Positions 19,574-29,504 of a stretch of 64,000 nt of DNA are shown piece after piece. The stretch's first letter is position 1, and every line of letters begins with the position of its first letter. The stretch spans positions 350,710 to 414,709 of the forward strand of contig CAYLMK010000001.1 in NCBI GenBank assembly GCA_964384945.1, written 5' to 3'. This DNA comes from an uncultured Thermodesulfobacteriota bacterium (GTDB taxonomy: Bacteria > Desulfobacterota > DSWW01). Below the pieces are notes generated by a model. It was not told where the DNA came from. It did not search any database and worked only from the letters and a program-made list of their open reading frames with translations. The position numbers and the translations under genes are program-made.

Positions 19574-19781
19574 GGCACTCCGCGCGGGCCTTCAGCAACT
19601 TCCAAGGGACTCGAACCCCGGAAGAGCAACCCGCATGCCAGGCTCCGGATTCACGGAAAAAAACGAGCAGGCCCGGCCGGATACACGGCCGGGAAGAGGG
19701 CCGGGAAAGAGGAAACGGGGCATTTGAAACAAAAATGTAGGAACGAAAGGCGGCTCGGGATCCCCCGGGAATGGCCCCCCT

Positions 19782-20429
19782 CTATTTCTTGGGAACCTTC
19801 TCCCAGTCCGCCAGGAACTTCTTGATCCCGATGTCGGTGAGCGGATGCTTGACCAGCTGCATGAGCACGTTGTAGGGCACGGTGGCGATGTGCGCGCCCA
19901 TCATCGCAGCCTCGACGAAGTGAAGGGGGTTTCTGACCGAGGCGACGATGACCTCGGTCTCGTACGCGTAGTTCTCCAGGATGGTGACGACCTGCTCCAC
20001 GAGGTCCATTCCCACATGGCTTATGTCGTCCAGCCTTCCCACAAAAGGGGATACGTACGTGGCGCCGGCCTTGGCGGCCAGCAGGGCCTGCGAAGGGGAA
20101 AAGACGAGAGTCACATTGGTCTTGATCCCCTTCCGGCTGCATTCTCGGACGGCCTTCAGGCCCTCTGCGGTCATCGGGAGCTTGACCACGATATTCTTGT
20201 GAATCCGGCTCAGGCTCTCCGCCTCCTTCATCATTCCGTCGGCCTCGAGGCTCACCGCCTCCGCGCTGATCGGGCCGTCCACGATCGAACAGATCTCGTG
20301 GACCACGCCGACGAAATCCCTTCCCTCCTTGGCGATCAGGCTCGGGTTCGTGGTGACCCCGTCGACGATTCCCAGGGCGTTCGCCCCTCGGATCTCGTCC
20401 ACGTTTGCCGTATCCAGGAATATCTTCAT
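19782..20429 (-). CDS. tal: Transaldolase (TalC / FSA family)
   Basis: [49 protein letters not shown]. Phe rather than Tyr in SPFVGR favours transaldolase over fructose-6-phosphate aldolase. Confidence 0.9.
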   Translation of the reverse strand: MKIFLDTANVDEIRGANALGIVDGVTTNPSLIAKEGRDFVGVVHEICSIVDGPISAEAVSLEADGMMKEAESLSRIHKNIVVKLPMTAEGLKAVRECSRKGIKTNVTLVFSPSQALLAAKAGATYVSPFVGRLDDISHVGMDLVEQVVTILENYAYETEVIVASVRNPLHFVEAAMMGAHIATVPYNVLMQLVKHPLTDIGIKKFLADWEKVPKK

Positions 20430-20536
20430 GTTGTCGCCCCCCCTCACGAATCAGCATGTCGCGGCGCCGCGGATGGCCCCCCGCGGTCAGTATCACAGAT
20501 GACCTTTCCCGTAGTCAAGCCTGCCTGCGGGTCGCG

Positions 20537-22234
20537 CTAGAAGCTCCAGATGAAGCTGAACGAAAGCTCGTTGCGCGACTCCAGGAAGCCGAGCCTTCCT
20601 TCGTACGTGCGGGAAAACGTGTGAAAGTAGGAAATCCCGAGGCTCACGGTCCGCCAATCGTATTTCAGGGAGGGAATCAGCGAGAGGGCGGAGGGCTCGA
20701 CCTCAAACATCGTAACGATCCGGGGGGTGAGATTCCCGTTGAGGTAGTTCGTCGAGACAATGAACAGGAACGTGTTGCTCCATTCCGGCTCGTAGATGAC
20801 CTCGTCGTTCGGGCCCCGCCAGGGCTGCAGGATCGTGTCCTCCTCGTAGCCCAGGATATGTTTCCCCACGTACTCGAAGATGAACAGGAAATCCTCGCGG
20901 CTCAGGCGGGGCACCTTCGTCCACTTGTCCAGGCCGAGACCGTAACGCAGTTCGTCGAACGTGGCGATCTGGCCGCTCGAGAAGGGAAGGATGTCGTCCT
21001 CGATGTCGCCCAGGTCGACGTTTTGCAGGACGTCCGCCAGCGTGAAGCGGTCGAACGGCGGAGGCAGGCTGACCTTGCTCCCCAGCCCCTCGATCATGTC
21101 CCTCACGTTCCCGGGCGTCATCTTCGGCACGTTCTTGAAAAGGGCGAATTCCCCCCGGATGACTGTGTCGATCAAGGTCCAGTTATAATTGAAGCTGCCG
21201 CCGTAGATATCCACCTTGTCGATCCGGAGCACCACGTCGAGCTTCTGGCCGCCGAGGAGCGTCGCGATGGGGTTGTCCGCGAGGATCGCGCTCCCGATGT
21301 CCGGCCAGGTCAGATCGATCGGCTCGAACCCGGGGACATCCAGCCATGGGACCGGGATTTCCGAGTAGGCCCGGTAGTAGGCGGCGTTGATCTCCACCCC
21401 CTGGAGCAGCAGGCCGACCCGGACGCCGTACCGGTCCGCATCGAAGGGGTCCTCGACCGTCTGCGTGACCTGCATGAGGCTGGCCAGCGAGAGGGGGTCT
21501 TCCAAGTCCTCGACCGTGTTCCGGCCCACGGGGGGGATGATCGGCGAACCGTCGATGATCTCCTCGCCGTTCGTGTTGTCGACCTTTCCGGGAACGTAGT
21601 ACCCCTCAAGGGACACCGAGGAGAAGGGGCCCACGTATTCGAAGGCCAGGTTCACGCGCAGCATGAACAGGGGCACGAGACGCTCGAGCAGATCCACGGC
21701 CAGGGAGGTGTTGTCCGTCGGGTTGATGCCGTCCAGGATGCGCAGGGTGGTCATCTCACCCCAGGACATGACCTGCCTGCCCACCCGAACAAAGAGCGGA
21801 CCGCCGGCAAGGTCGAAGTAGCCCAGGAACAGATCGGCATCCCACTTCAGGTCGTTGATCTGGTCCCGGTTATCGAAGAGATAGAAGTTGCGGGTTTCGT
21901 CGTCCTTGAGCACGTCCGGCCCCGCGTCCCATGCGCTGTCGTAAAAGAACCGGAACTGCAGGAAATAGTTGAAGGAGAGCCAGGACGCAATGTTCCCCAG
22001 GTCGTGCCGCCACTCGACAAAAAGGAGATTCCGCTGGGTGACCAGATCGCCGGCCTCGATCGGAATCGGGTTGTTCTCCGGAGTCTCGACCGTCCGGAAG
22101 GTGGACTCGAGCTTGAGCCTCCCGAGCAGGCTCCACTTGCCGTTGTTTTTGTCTGTCAGGAGGGCCTCGGCCACCCCGGGATCCAGCAGGAGCAGGAGCA
22201 GCCACCACCCCAGGAACCTCGCCCACCGTCTCAT
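20537..22234 (-). CDS. DUF1302-family outer-membrane protein
   Basis: Signal peptide (MRRWARFLGWWLLLLLL...AEA), VRVGRQVMSWGE...ILDGINPTD...PLFMLR pattern, terminal WSF; its ATG overlaps the MMPL stop (ATGA). Confidence 0.72.
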   Translation of the reverse strand: MRRWARFLGWWLLLLLLDPGVAEALLTDKNNGKWSLLGRLKLESTFRTVETPENNPIPIEAGDLVTQRNLLFVEWRHDLGNIASWLSFNYFLQFRFFYDSAWDAGPDVLKDDETRNFYLFDNRDQINDLKWDADLFLGYFDLAGGPLFVRVGRQVMSWGEMTTLRILDGINPTDNTSLAVDLLERLVPLFMLRVNLAFEYVGPFSSVSLEGYYVPGKVDNTNGEEIIDGSPIIPPVGRNTVEDLEDPLSLASLMQVTQTVEDPFDADRYGVRVGLLLQGVEINAAYYRAYSEIPVPWLDVPGFEPIDLTWPDIGSAILADNPIATLLGGQKLDVVLRIDKVDIYGGSFNYNWTLIDTVIRGEFALFKNVPKMTPGNVRDMIEGLGSKVSLPPPFDRFTLADVLQNVDLGDIEDDILPFSSGQIATFDELRYGLGLDKWTKVPRLSREDFLFIFEYVGKHILGYEEDTILQPWRGPNDEVIYEPEWSNTFLFIVSTNYLNGNLTPRIVTMFEVEPSALSLIPSLKYDWRTVSLGISYFHTFSRTYEGRLGFLESRNELSFSFIWSF

Positions 22235-24531
22235 GGACGCCCCTCCTGGCGAAGGCCGGCGGGCCACCGGCCCCTGCGCAAAGCGGCAAGGGCAGGCAGG
22301 AAAAGGGCCGACGACAGCCCCGCAAGCAGAACCGCCATGCCCGATGCAAGGGCCATCCCGCTCAGGAATCTCAGGCCGATGAAGAACCAGGGGAACAGCC
22401 CGGAAAAGACGAGAAGCCCCAGGAACGGGACGATTCCCAACCGGCCTCGGAATCCGGGGTGGCCGTCCGGTCGGCTGCACCCGGGTTCATGGGCGGGCAT
22501 TCCGATCTCACGAATCTGCGCGTAGGCGAATACCGGGCAGAATCCCACGGTCGCAGCCGCCACGGTCGCGGCCGGCATGTCGATCTTCATGCCTGCCGCC
22601 GCCATGATCAGCCACACCCCGCCCTGCGCCGCGGCGATCGGAAGGGTGATCACGAGGCCCTGGGAGAGGGAGCCGGTTGCCAGGACCCCGCAGGCCAAGA
22701 CGATCAGGAAGGCCGCCGCCAGGGTCTTCCGGTATGCGCGACGCGCGCCGTCGTTCACGGCCTTGGTCATGCCCAGCAGGCCCCCTCCGAGCCGGAAGAC
22801 AAGCCTCGCCGACGGATGGCGGTCGATATAGGCCTGCATCCGCGCGGCGACCTCGTCGATCCGCTCCGTCTCGGCCCACGGAAAGAAGGGGGAAACGGTC
22901 GCTTCGGTGAAAGTCTTGTCGATGAACCCCTCTACCCCCCCCTGCTCGACAACCAACTCTCCCATCCCTTGGACCTGCTCCCGGGACAGAGGAACGGTCA
23001 GCCATTTGGGGTTTCCGTCCATCATCATGCTGCGCGCCGCCTTCACCATCATGTCGAACGCAATGCTGTCCCGCGCCCCGCACTGCTTTCGGAGGTAGCG
23101 GCTGAAATCGCCGATCGCAAGCACCGCCTCCGGATCCAGGAGCCCGCCCGGCTCGTTTGCCCTCGCATGGACGAGGAGCTGATAGGGCCCCATGAACTTC
23201 TCGGCCAGGAGCCGAAAACACTGATTCCAGGGATGGTCGGCACGGATGTAGGAGGCTCCGGGCACGTTGTCGCCGACCTCGAGCCTCGCTGCGGACAGGC
23301 CGCCCAGGAAGAGGAGCGCCGCGAGAAGGGCCGCCGCGAGGAATCTCCCCCTGCCTGCTGAGAAGAACGTAAGCGAAGAGGTTTTGCCGGGTCGCCCGGG
23401 CTCCTCGCCGTCCCCCCTTCCGGACGGCGCGCGGACGAAAGAGAGCAGGACGGGCAGGGCGAAGACCACGACGGCCACGGTGCCGACCGTCCAGAAGAGG
23501 CCCATCCAGGCCAGGCCCTCGAACGCGGGAATCCCAGCGGCGAACAGGGAGACGAAGACCCCGCCCGACGTCACGATGGAGACGGCGAGCGGGACGCGGC
23601 CGTAAGCGGCTCGAATCGCCGGAGCCTTGTCCCGGGTGCACGGGTAGGCGCGTTCGTAATGCTCGAGGACGAGGACCCCGTAGGCAAGAGAAAAGAGTCC
23701 CAGGATCACGGGAAACAGAAGAGGCATGGGGTTCAGTTCCACACCGGCCGCGCCGACCATCCCGAACGCCCACAGAAGGCTGAGAACCATGACGAGGACG
23801 GGCAGCAGGACCCCGCCGAGGCTCCGGAAACGGGCGAAAAGGGCCGCCCCGGCTAGCAGGAAGGTAGCCGCGGCCGCGACAGGAATATGCCGAAGGCCCA
23901 TGGAACGCATCTGGGCCTCGATGAGCTGGGGTCCCATGAACAAGAGCCTGTGCCGTCTGTCCTCTTCGCTCGACCGGATCGCCTCGACTCCGCTGAGAAG
24001 CTCCTTGAGCAGCTTCTCATCCGACCCCTCGACGAGAGATGCCGTGATCATGGTGGCCGTTCCGTCGTAGGACACATACCGGCCCGGCCCCTTGGGATTC
24101 ACGGCCACCATGCGCTTGAGCTTCTCGAAATCCTCGGCCGTCTCCGGCCATGTTCTGCCCAGGATGGGCTCCATGGCCAGTCCTTCGCCGGTATTCTCGT
24201 AATGGGTGATCCCCCGGGTCAGGGAGGTGATCCCGCCGGGCAGCACGCCGTCAATCGTGGTCAGTCTTCGGGTGATTGCGTCGATCTTCCGGATCGTCTC
24301 CGGGTTGTAGATGTCGCCGCCCTTCACCTCGAGGATGGCGATCAGCATGCGGGGCTCCGGCGCCATTTTCCGGATGGCCTGCAGGGCGGGCAGGAAGGGG
24401 TGCCCTGTGGGAAGCATCGAGCCGAGCGGGTCCCCCGCGGGGCGGATGTGTGTAAGCTGAGAGAAGAGGAACGCGGTCCCGGCCAAAAAGACCGCGAGGA
24501 CCGGAACCCGAAACCGAAGCAAGAAGCTCAT
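22231..24531 (-). CDS. MMPL/RND-superfamily inner-membrane transporter
   Basis: Two repeats of one TM, a large periplasmic loop and a multi-TM bundle; IRKIDAIT...V..SL pattern. The start is uncertain (the ORF is open further upstream). Confidence 0.8.
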   Translation of the reverse strand: MSFLLRFRVPVLAVFLAGTAFLFSQLTHIRPAGDPLGSMLPTGHPFLPALQAIRKMAPEPRMLIAILEVKGGDIYNPETIRKIDAITRRLTTIDGVLPGGITSLTRGITHYENTGEGLAMEPILGRTWPETAEDFEKLKRMVAVNPKGPGRYVSYDGTATMITASLVEGSDEKLLKELLSGVEAIRSSEEDRRHRLLFMGPQLIEAQMRSMGLRHIPVAAAATFLLAGAALFARFRSLGGVLLPVLVMVLSLLWAFGMVGAAGVELNPMPLLFPVILGLFSLAYGVLVLEHYERAYPCTRDKAPAIRAAYGRVPLAVSIVTSGGVFVSLFAAGIPAFEGLAWMGLFWTVGTVAVVVFALPVLLSFVRAPSGRGDGEEPGRPGKTSSLTFFSAGRGRFLAAALLAALLFLGGLSAARLEVGDNVPGASYIRADHPWNQCFRLLAEKFMGPYQLLVHARANEPGGLLDPEAVLAIGDFSRYLRKQCGARDSIAFDMMVKAARSMMMDGNPKWLTVPLSREQVQGMGELVVEQGGVEGFIDKTFTEATVSPFFPWAETERIDEVAARMQAYIDRHPSARLVFRLGGGLLGMTKAVNDGARRAYRKTLAAAFLIVLACGVLATGSLSQGLVITLPIAAAQGGVWLIMAAAGMKIDMPAATVAAATVGFCPVFAYAQIREIGMPAHEPGCSRPDGHPGFRGRLGIVPFLGLLVFSGLFPWFFIGLRFLSGMALASGMAVLLAGLSSALFLPALAALRRGRWPAGLRQEGRP

Positions 24532-24694
24532 CTCGCAGAAAGTCCCTGACGCTGAAGCCTGTCCCCGAAGGCTTGGTTCCAAGAGGCCGGCCAAGAATGC
24601 CCGGATGCAATCCAGGCGAAGCTTGTCCCCGCGAAAGTCGGCAACGAAGGGCGAGCCTGACGCCGGGGTCGGGCGTTTTTGACCAGCCTCGGAG

Positions 24695-25717
24695 CTACCA
24701 GCTCCACTCGCCGTTCTCCAGGCGGCCGTACGCACCCTCCTGGCCCACGATCAACCCCTGTATCCCTCCCGATGTCGCCGCGTGAAGATCGATTCCGCAC
24801 AACCAGAAACGCTTGATCCCCTCGGGCACCTCCACCCGGCGCCAGGTCGCCCCCCCGTCGGTCGTCCGGACGATATGTCCCCCCGAACCGGCTGCAAAGC
24901 CTAGCCCGCCGACCACGTCAAGGCAATACAGCTCCGGCCCCGGGTACCCCGTCGTTCCCTCGATCCACGTGCGGCCCTGGTCCCGGGAACGGGCAAAAGC
25001 GCCGTCGATGCCGACTGCGTAAAGAACGCCCGAATCGTAGGCCATGGCATACAGGATCCTTCCTTCCATCGTCGTTTTGTCGTAAAGGGGGGAGTCGGAC
25101 TCTTCCCAGGTCGCTCCTCCGTTCCGGGTCGTGAAGATCCTGCCCCTGTCTCCCGCAACACATGCCCTGAAAGGCGCTGTCACGGCCACCGCGAAGAGGT
25201 TGATCTCCTCGTCCAGTTCCAGCGAGAGGCTGAGCGAGACATTCTTCCAAGTCGTCCCGCCGTCCGAGGTCGTCAAGACCGTGGATTCGGCCCCCACCGC
25301 AAAGCCGTGGGCTGTGTCCGCAAAGTCGATGTCCAGGAGATACGCGTCCACCCCGCAGGACTGCGCCTCCCATGTCCTTCCCCCGTCCCCCGAATGAAGG
25401 ATCGCGCCGCCCTGTCCGGCAACCCAGCCGTGCTCCTCGTCCGCGAAGCACGCCGCGGCCAGGGCGTTCGTCGTTCCGCCCGCAACCTGCTTCCACGTTT
25501 CCGCCCCGTCCTCGGAGAGGAAGATCTTGCCCCGGTCCCCCACCATAAGGAAGCGGCCCGCGGGCGTTGCGGCCGATGCAAACAGGTCGACATCCACGAC
25601 CGGCTCGGCCCCCTCGACGCCCGGGAGATCCGCGCCGATGGTGAAGCAGCAAGCCAGCACCGCCGCGCCCAGAGCGGACAAAGAGGCCCTGTTCCTCCGC
25701 CCCCTGCTTCGTTGCAT
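24695..25717 (-). CDS. YCF48-like BNR/Asp-box beta-propeller periplasmic protein
   Basis: Repeated S/T-x-D-G-G/A-x-T-W boxes (SEDGAETW, SGDGGRTW, TSDGGTTW, TRNGGATW, SRDQGRTW, TTDGGATW) after a signal peptide. Confidence 0.88.
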   Translation of the reverse strand: MQRSRGRRNRASLSALGAAVLACCFTIGADLPGVEGAEPVVDVDLFASAATPAGRFLMVGDRGKIFLSEDGAETWKQVAGGTTNALAAACFADEEHGWVAGQGGAILHSGDGGRTWEAQSCGVDAYLLDIDFADTAHGFAVGAESTVLTTSDGGTTWKNVSLSLSLELDEEINLFAVAVTAPFRACVAGDRGRIFTTRNGGATWEESDSPLYDKTTMEGRILYAMAYDSGVLYAVGIDGAFARSRDQGRTWIEGTTGYPGPELYCLDVVGGLGFAAGSGGHIVRTTDGGATWRRVEVPEGIKRFWLCGIDLHAATSGGIQGLIVGQEGAYGRLENGEWSW

Positions 25718-25740
25718 GGCGCCCGCCGCCTCGCCCTGGC

Positions 25741-27054
25741 CTATTTGTAGAACTTGATGAAGCCGGCCCGCGTAAAGATCAGCGGATCCACATCCTTCGC
25801 AAAGATCGTTCGATACGCCCCCTCGCGATGAGGACCGCAAAGCGTGGAGCCGTGGTTGCGCCTCATGTCCACCTCGACCCATGCGATGTTCTTGATGAGC
25901 CGGAACCTGCCGTCCGGAGTCTCGAGGGCCTGCGTCGGATAGTAGGTGCCTTTCCAGAGCTTGCCTCCCGGGTCCGTGATCCGCTTGTACACGTGCGTGA
26001 AGGTCCCCTGCTCGATCCAGCCTTCACAAGGGCCGTATCCGTAGTTCGGGTTCGTGCTGCGGGACTCGACCACCCAGACCTTCGACTTCACCCAAACGAG
26101 ATCCATGATGTGCCAGGGAGCGCCCTGCCAGGCCGGATCCTCGAACCCGAGGGTGAGCTTGACCCCGGTCTCCGCATACCCCATCCCCAGATCCCCCTTC
26201 TTACCCCACTCGAGCCTCCTCGCGTTCGGGGAGAAGTGGGGCACCAGGGCGTCGCGTTCCCCCAGGTACCGATAGGTCCCTTCGTCCATGTTCGTCTTGG
26301 GCCCTCCGGCCCAGGAATCGTCCGGCGCGCCGTCCAGGCCGAAGTGCGTGTCGGAGCCGGCCACCCGGTGAGAGAGCCTCTTCACGCGCCTGAGCTCGGG
26401 CGTGTAGGCGTATCGCATCCCGGGGTTCAGGGGGTGGAGGGGATACATGGCCAGCGTGCCGGTGCCCGCCATGCTGAAGGGCTGTCGGAAGATCGTCACC
26501 TGGGCGAAATCGTACTCCGACTTCTCCGGATCGAACTGCGTGTAGTATTGATCCAGGACGAGGGCCTTCTCCAGCCCGCTGCGGCTTATGACGAGCCAGT
26601 GCAGCTTCTCTTTGATGGTACCTTGCAGGAAATTCTCGTTCATCATGTAGTTGTACATGAGCATGACCGGAAACGTGGGATCGCCCGGATCCGGTTCCGG
26701 AAAGGGGTATCCCTGGATGCCGCGGGCCGGCCGGCCGGTCTTCACGTCGATCATCCCGTTGTGCTCGTCGATCCTGTACCGCCCCAGGTTCGCCTGCCAG
26801 TTGTCCTTGACCGCCTGGGGGACGAACGACTTCGGCTCGAAGTTCAGCACGCCGATCTTCATCGTGAGGTCACCGGACTTGACCCAATCCAGAACATAGT
26901 CCGGCACCAGGCCCTCGATCTTCTCGAAATTGCTCTTGTCGATGATGTCCCCGGGCTCGACGTCCGCCCGGGCGGGCTGCACGAGGCAGCCGGCGCTCCA
27001 CAAGACCATGACAAGGAAAAGAGACCCAGGCAATCCGCGGCTGAGGCATTTCAT
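25741..27054 (-). CDS. DUF1329-family periplasmic protein
   Basis: Signal peptide, DVEPGDIIDKSN, G.PFP.PD..DP, YTPELRRVKRLS; clearly paralogous to 49212-50510. Confidence 0.8.
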   Translation of the reverse strand: MKCLSRGLPGSLFLVMVLWSAGCLVQPARADVEPGDIIDKSNFEKIEGLVPDYVLDWVKSGDLTMKIGVLNFEPKSFVPQAVKDNWQANLGRYRIDEHNGMIDVKTGRPARGIQGYPFPEPDPGDPTFPVMLMYNYMMNENFLQGTIKEKLHWLVISRSGLEKALVLDQYYTQFDPEKSEYDFAQVTIFRQPFSMAGTGTLAMYPLHPLNPGMRYAYTPELRRVKRLSHRVAGSDTHFGLDGAPDDSWAGGPKTNMDEGTYRYLGERDALVPHFSPNARRLEWGKKGDLGMGYAETGVKLTLGFEDPAWQGAPWHIMDLVWVKSKVWVVESRSTNPNYGYGPCEGWIEQGTFTHVYKRITDPGGKLWKGTYYPTQALETPDGRFRLIKNIAWVEVDMRRNHGSTLCGPHREGAYRTIFAKDVDPLIFTRAGFIKFYK

Positions 27055-27315
27055 GGATTCGTGCTCCCCTTTCTTTCAAACGGTGGACATCCGGGGCAGA
27101 TACCGCTCCGATTCGGCAGGCCTGACGCCGTCTCCACTAAGAAGAAGGCTTATACAACAGTTTGTTTCCGTGAATCAATTCCCCGCCTTTCGGCTCCTTC
27201 CCTTTTCCGGAATGCGATGCTGTGGTATAGACTATTCTGTTTCATGGACCGTGGATCAGGGAACACGAAGGGAAGGGTAGCCGGGGGGACTTGAATCGGA
27301 AGAAGGAGAAGGAAC

Positions 27316-27645
27316 ATGGAAGTCACTACGCCAAAGGAGTTTCTGGAAAAGGTTCTGCCGGAGAAGTTCGATCCGGAAAAGGCGGCGGGCCTTTCGGCGG
27401 TCGTGCAGTTCAAGATCTCCGGCGAAAACGGCGGACAGTGGGTGCTCAGGATCGAGAACCAGAAGCTCGAGCTTTCGGACGGAACGACGGACAGCCCGAA
27501 CATGACCCTGATCATGAAGGACAAAGACTACGTGGATCTGGTCAATGGGAAGCTCTCCGGTCAGAAGGCCTTCATGACCGGGAAGCTCAAGTTCAAGGGC
27601 GACATGAACCTCGGGATGAAACTGCAGAAGCTGGGCCTGATCTGA
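27316..27645 (+). CDS. SCP2 sterol/lipid-binding domain protein
   Basis: 109 aa; VQFKISGENGGQW, GKLSGQKAFMTGKLKFKGDMNLGMKL is the SCP2 signature; strong RBS. Confidence 0.92.
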   Translation: MEVTTPKEFLEKVLPEKFDPEKAAGLSAVVQFKISGENGGQWVLRIENQKLELSDGTTDSPNMTLIMKDKDYVDLVNGKLSGQKAFMTGKLKFKGDMNLGMKLQKLGLI

Positions 27646-27757
27646 TCGAGAGGGCGGCCTCGCAAGGCCCGGAACGCGATTGCAGATGCGCAAGGGGGGG
27701 GCAGGAGAGCCCCCTTCTTCGTTGCTCGAGAAGAGCAGGGAACCGGAAGCGGGGTCC

Positions 27758-28987
27758 ATGGACTCGAAGGCGGAAATCATCGACAGGCTGCGGACCCACA
27801 TCTGCCGGATCTGCGACCGGATCGGGCCTCGCCCCCCGTGCAGCGACGCTGAAAGAAGATGCGCCGAGTACATCCGGGACGAATGGAGGAAGCACGCGGA
27901 CCAGGCCTCTCTCGAGCCCTTCACCTGCCATCCGGGCGCCTATCCGGCAGCATTCCGCTGGCCCATCGCCCTGTTCATCCTGGCCCTCTGTCTCTACCAC
28001 CTGATCCCCCTGCTTTCCCTGGCCTGCTCCCTCGCGTCGCTCCTGATCCTCGTGTTCAACCTGATCCTGAACCGGGAGCTGATCGACAAGGCCTTTCCCC
28101 GGGAGACGTCCTGCAACGTATGGGCCAAGTTCACCCCCCGGGGGGCTTCGGACCGGGCCCTGCTCATCGGCTGTCATCATGACGCGAACTACGCCTTCCC
28201 GATCATCAACCGGTTCGGTTCACGTTTCGCACACTTCATGGCCGTGGTGGTCCTCTCGAACGGGTTGCTCACCCTCCTGGCCTCCCTGCATGTCCTCGCT
28301 CCCCTCACAGGGCCGGCTTGCCTGCTCGCCGCCTACCCGAAGGCGGCCTTTCCGCTGCTGCTTCTCCTGACAGCCACGGTTCCGGTTCAGCTCTACGTCT
28401 TTCTCAATGTCCTTTCCAAGGAGCCCGTGCTCGGCGCAAACGACAATCTGAGCGGAGTGGCCGCCTGCCTTCTCCTCGCAGAGCGTCTCGCAGGGAAGGA
28501 AGCCCGCCCCGAGCGAACCACGGTGTGGCTCGTCTCGTTCGGCTGCGAGGAGTGCGGGATTCGAGGGAGCAAACGGTTCGTCGAGCGGCACCGGGAGGAA
28601 ATCCGGCAAGCCCATGTCCTCAACCTGGACATGGTGGGCGGCAAGGGAACCCGGCTCCGCGTGGTCACGAAGGAGGTAAAGAATCTGGTCCGTCTGTCTT
28701 CCCGGATGGTCCGCCTCGTGGAGGAAGCAGCGCGCAGGGAGGCAATCCCGCTCGAGGCCGGCCCCATCCTGGCCTTCACGGACGCCATGGCCTTCGCCGG
28801 CAAGGGATTTGAAGCGACATCCCTCGTCGGCCTGGACAAAACGGGCATGCCGGACACCTACCACTCGGTCGAGGACGTACCGGAACACCTCGACTACGAC
28901 CTGCTCTTCGACAGCTACAGGCTCTGCCTGGCCGTGCTCCGACACATCGACTCCCTGCCCTCCCCGACCCCGCTATCCTGCCGCTGA
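27758..28987 (+). CDS. M28-family zinc metallopeptidase with inserted transmembrane hairpins
   Basis: IGCHHDA, GANDNLSGVA, FGCEECGIRGS, LNLDMVG, YHSVED zinc-ligand motifs; two hydrophobic inserts. Confidence 0.85.
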   Translation: MDSKAEIIDRLRTHICRICDRIGPRPPCSDAERRCAEYIRDEWRKHADQASLEPFTCHPGAYPAAFRWPIALFILALCLYHLIPLLSLACSLASLLILVFNLILNRELIDKAFPRETSCNVWAKFTPRGASDRALLIGCHHDANYAFPIINRFGSRFAHFMAVVVLSNGLLTLLASLHVLAPLTGPACLLAAYPKAAFPLLLLLTATVPVQLYVFLNVLSKEPVLGANDNLSGVAACLLLAERLAGKEARPERTTVWLVSFGCEECGIRGSKRFVERHREEIRQAHVLNLDMVGGKGTRLRVVTKEVKNLVRLSSRMVRLVEEAARREAIPLEAGPILAFTDAMAFAGKGFEATSLVGLDKTGMPDTYHSVEDVPEHLDYDLLFDSYRLCLAVLRHIDSLPSPTPLSCR

Positions 28988-29504
28988 AGTGAACATCACC
29001 AACCGGAGCACTCCCGAGCGAGACCCTCCGGGCACTTGATCATTTCTTCTTCAGGTCTTCGTCCGGTCAGTACCGGATGCCCCGGACCGCGTGCGGAAGC
29101 CGGCACAGGCAGGAATGCTCGGTCGGGATGGGACCAAGGTCCCATAGCTTTTCCGTTTCCACTCCAGTAACCTACCTCTTCGAACCCGGGGAAAACCCTC
29201 CGGGAGCGGGGGGGGGGGGGAGCCTTGTGTCGTTCGGGCTGTGCGTGAGAGGAATACCGCCCCCAAAAGGAGACCCTTGATGATCCCGATGAAACGCGGG
29301 ATAGGAGGCAGGGCTGTCGTCTTCGGCAACCGGATCGCCTGCGCACTCCTTCTCGCGGGCTTGCCGTTGGGGCCCGCCCGCGACATCAAGAGGAACGACC
29401 AACAGACGCTTTCGTTCAGGACCGGCAACCCCCGTAGCCCGATGGGGGATCTTGTTCAAGTTCCGATTCCTGCCTTCCAACCTTAGCTGAAGAGGACGAA
29501 GATC

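Noticed and set aside
24695-25717. Photosystem II assembly factor or sialidase
   Set aside because: BNR repeats are generic; there are no photosynthesis genes or sialidase catalytic motifs, and the context is the DUF1329/MMPL operon.
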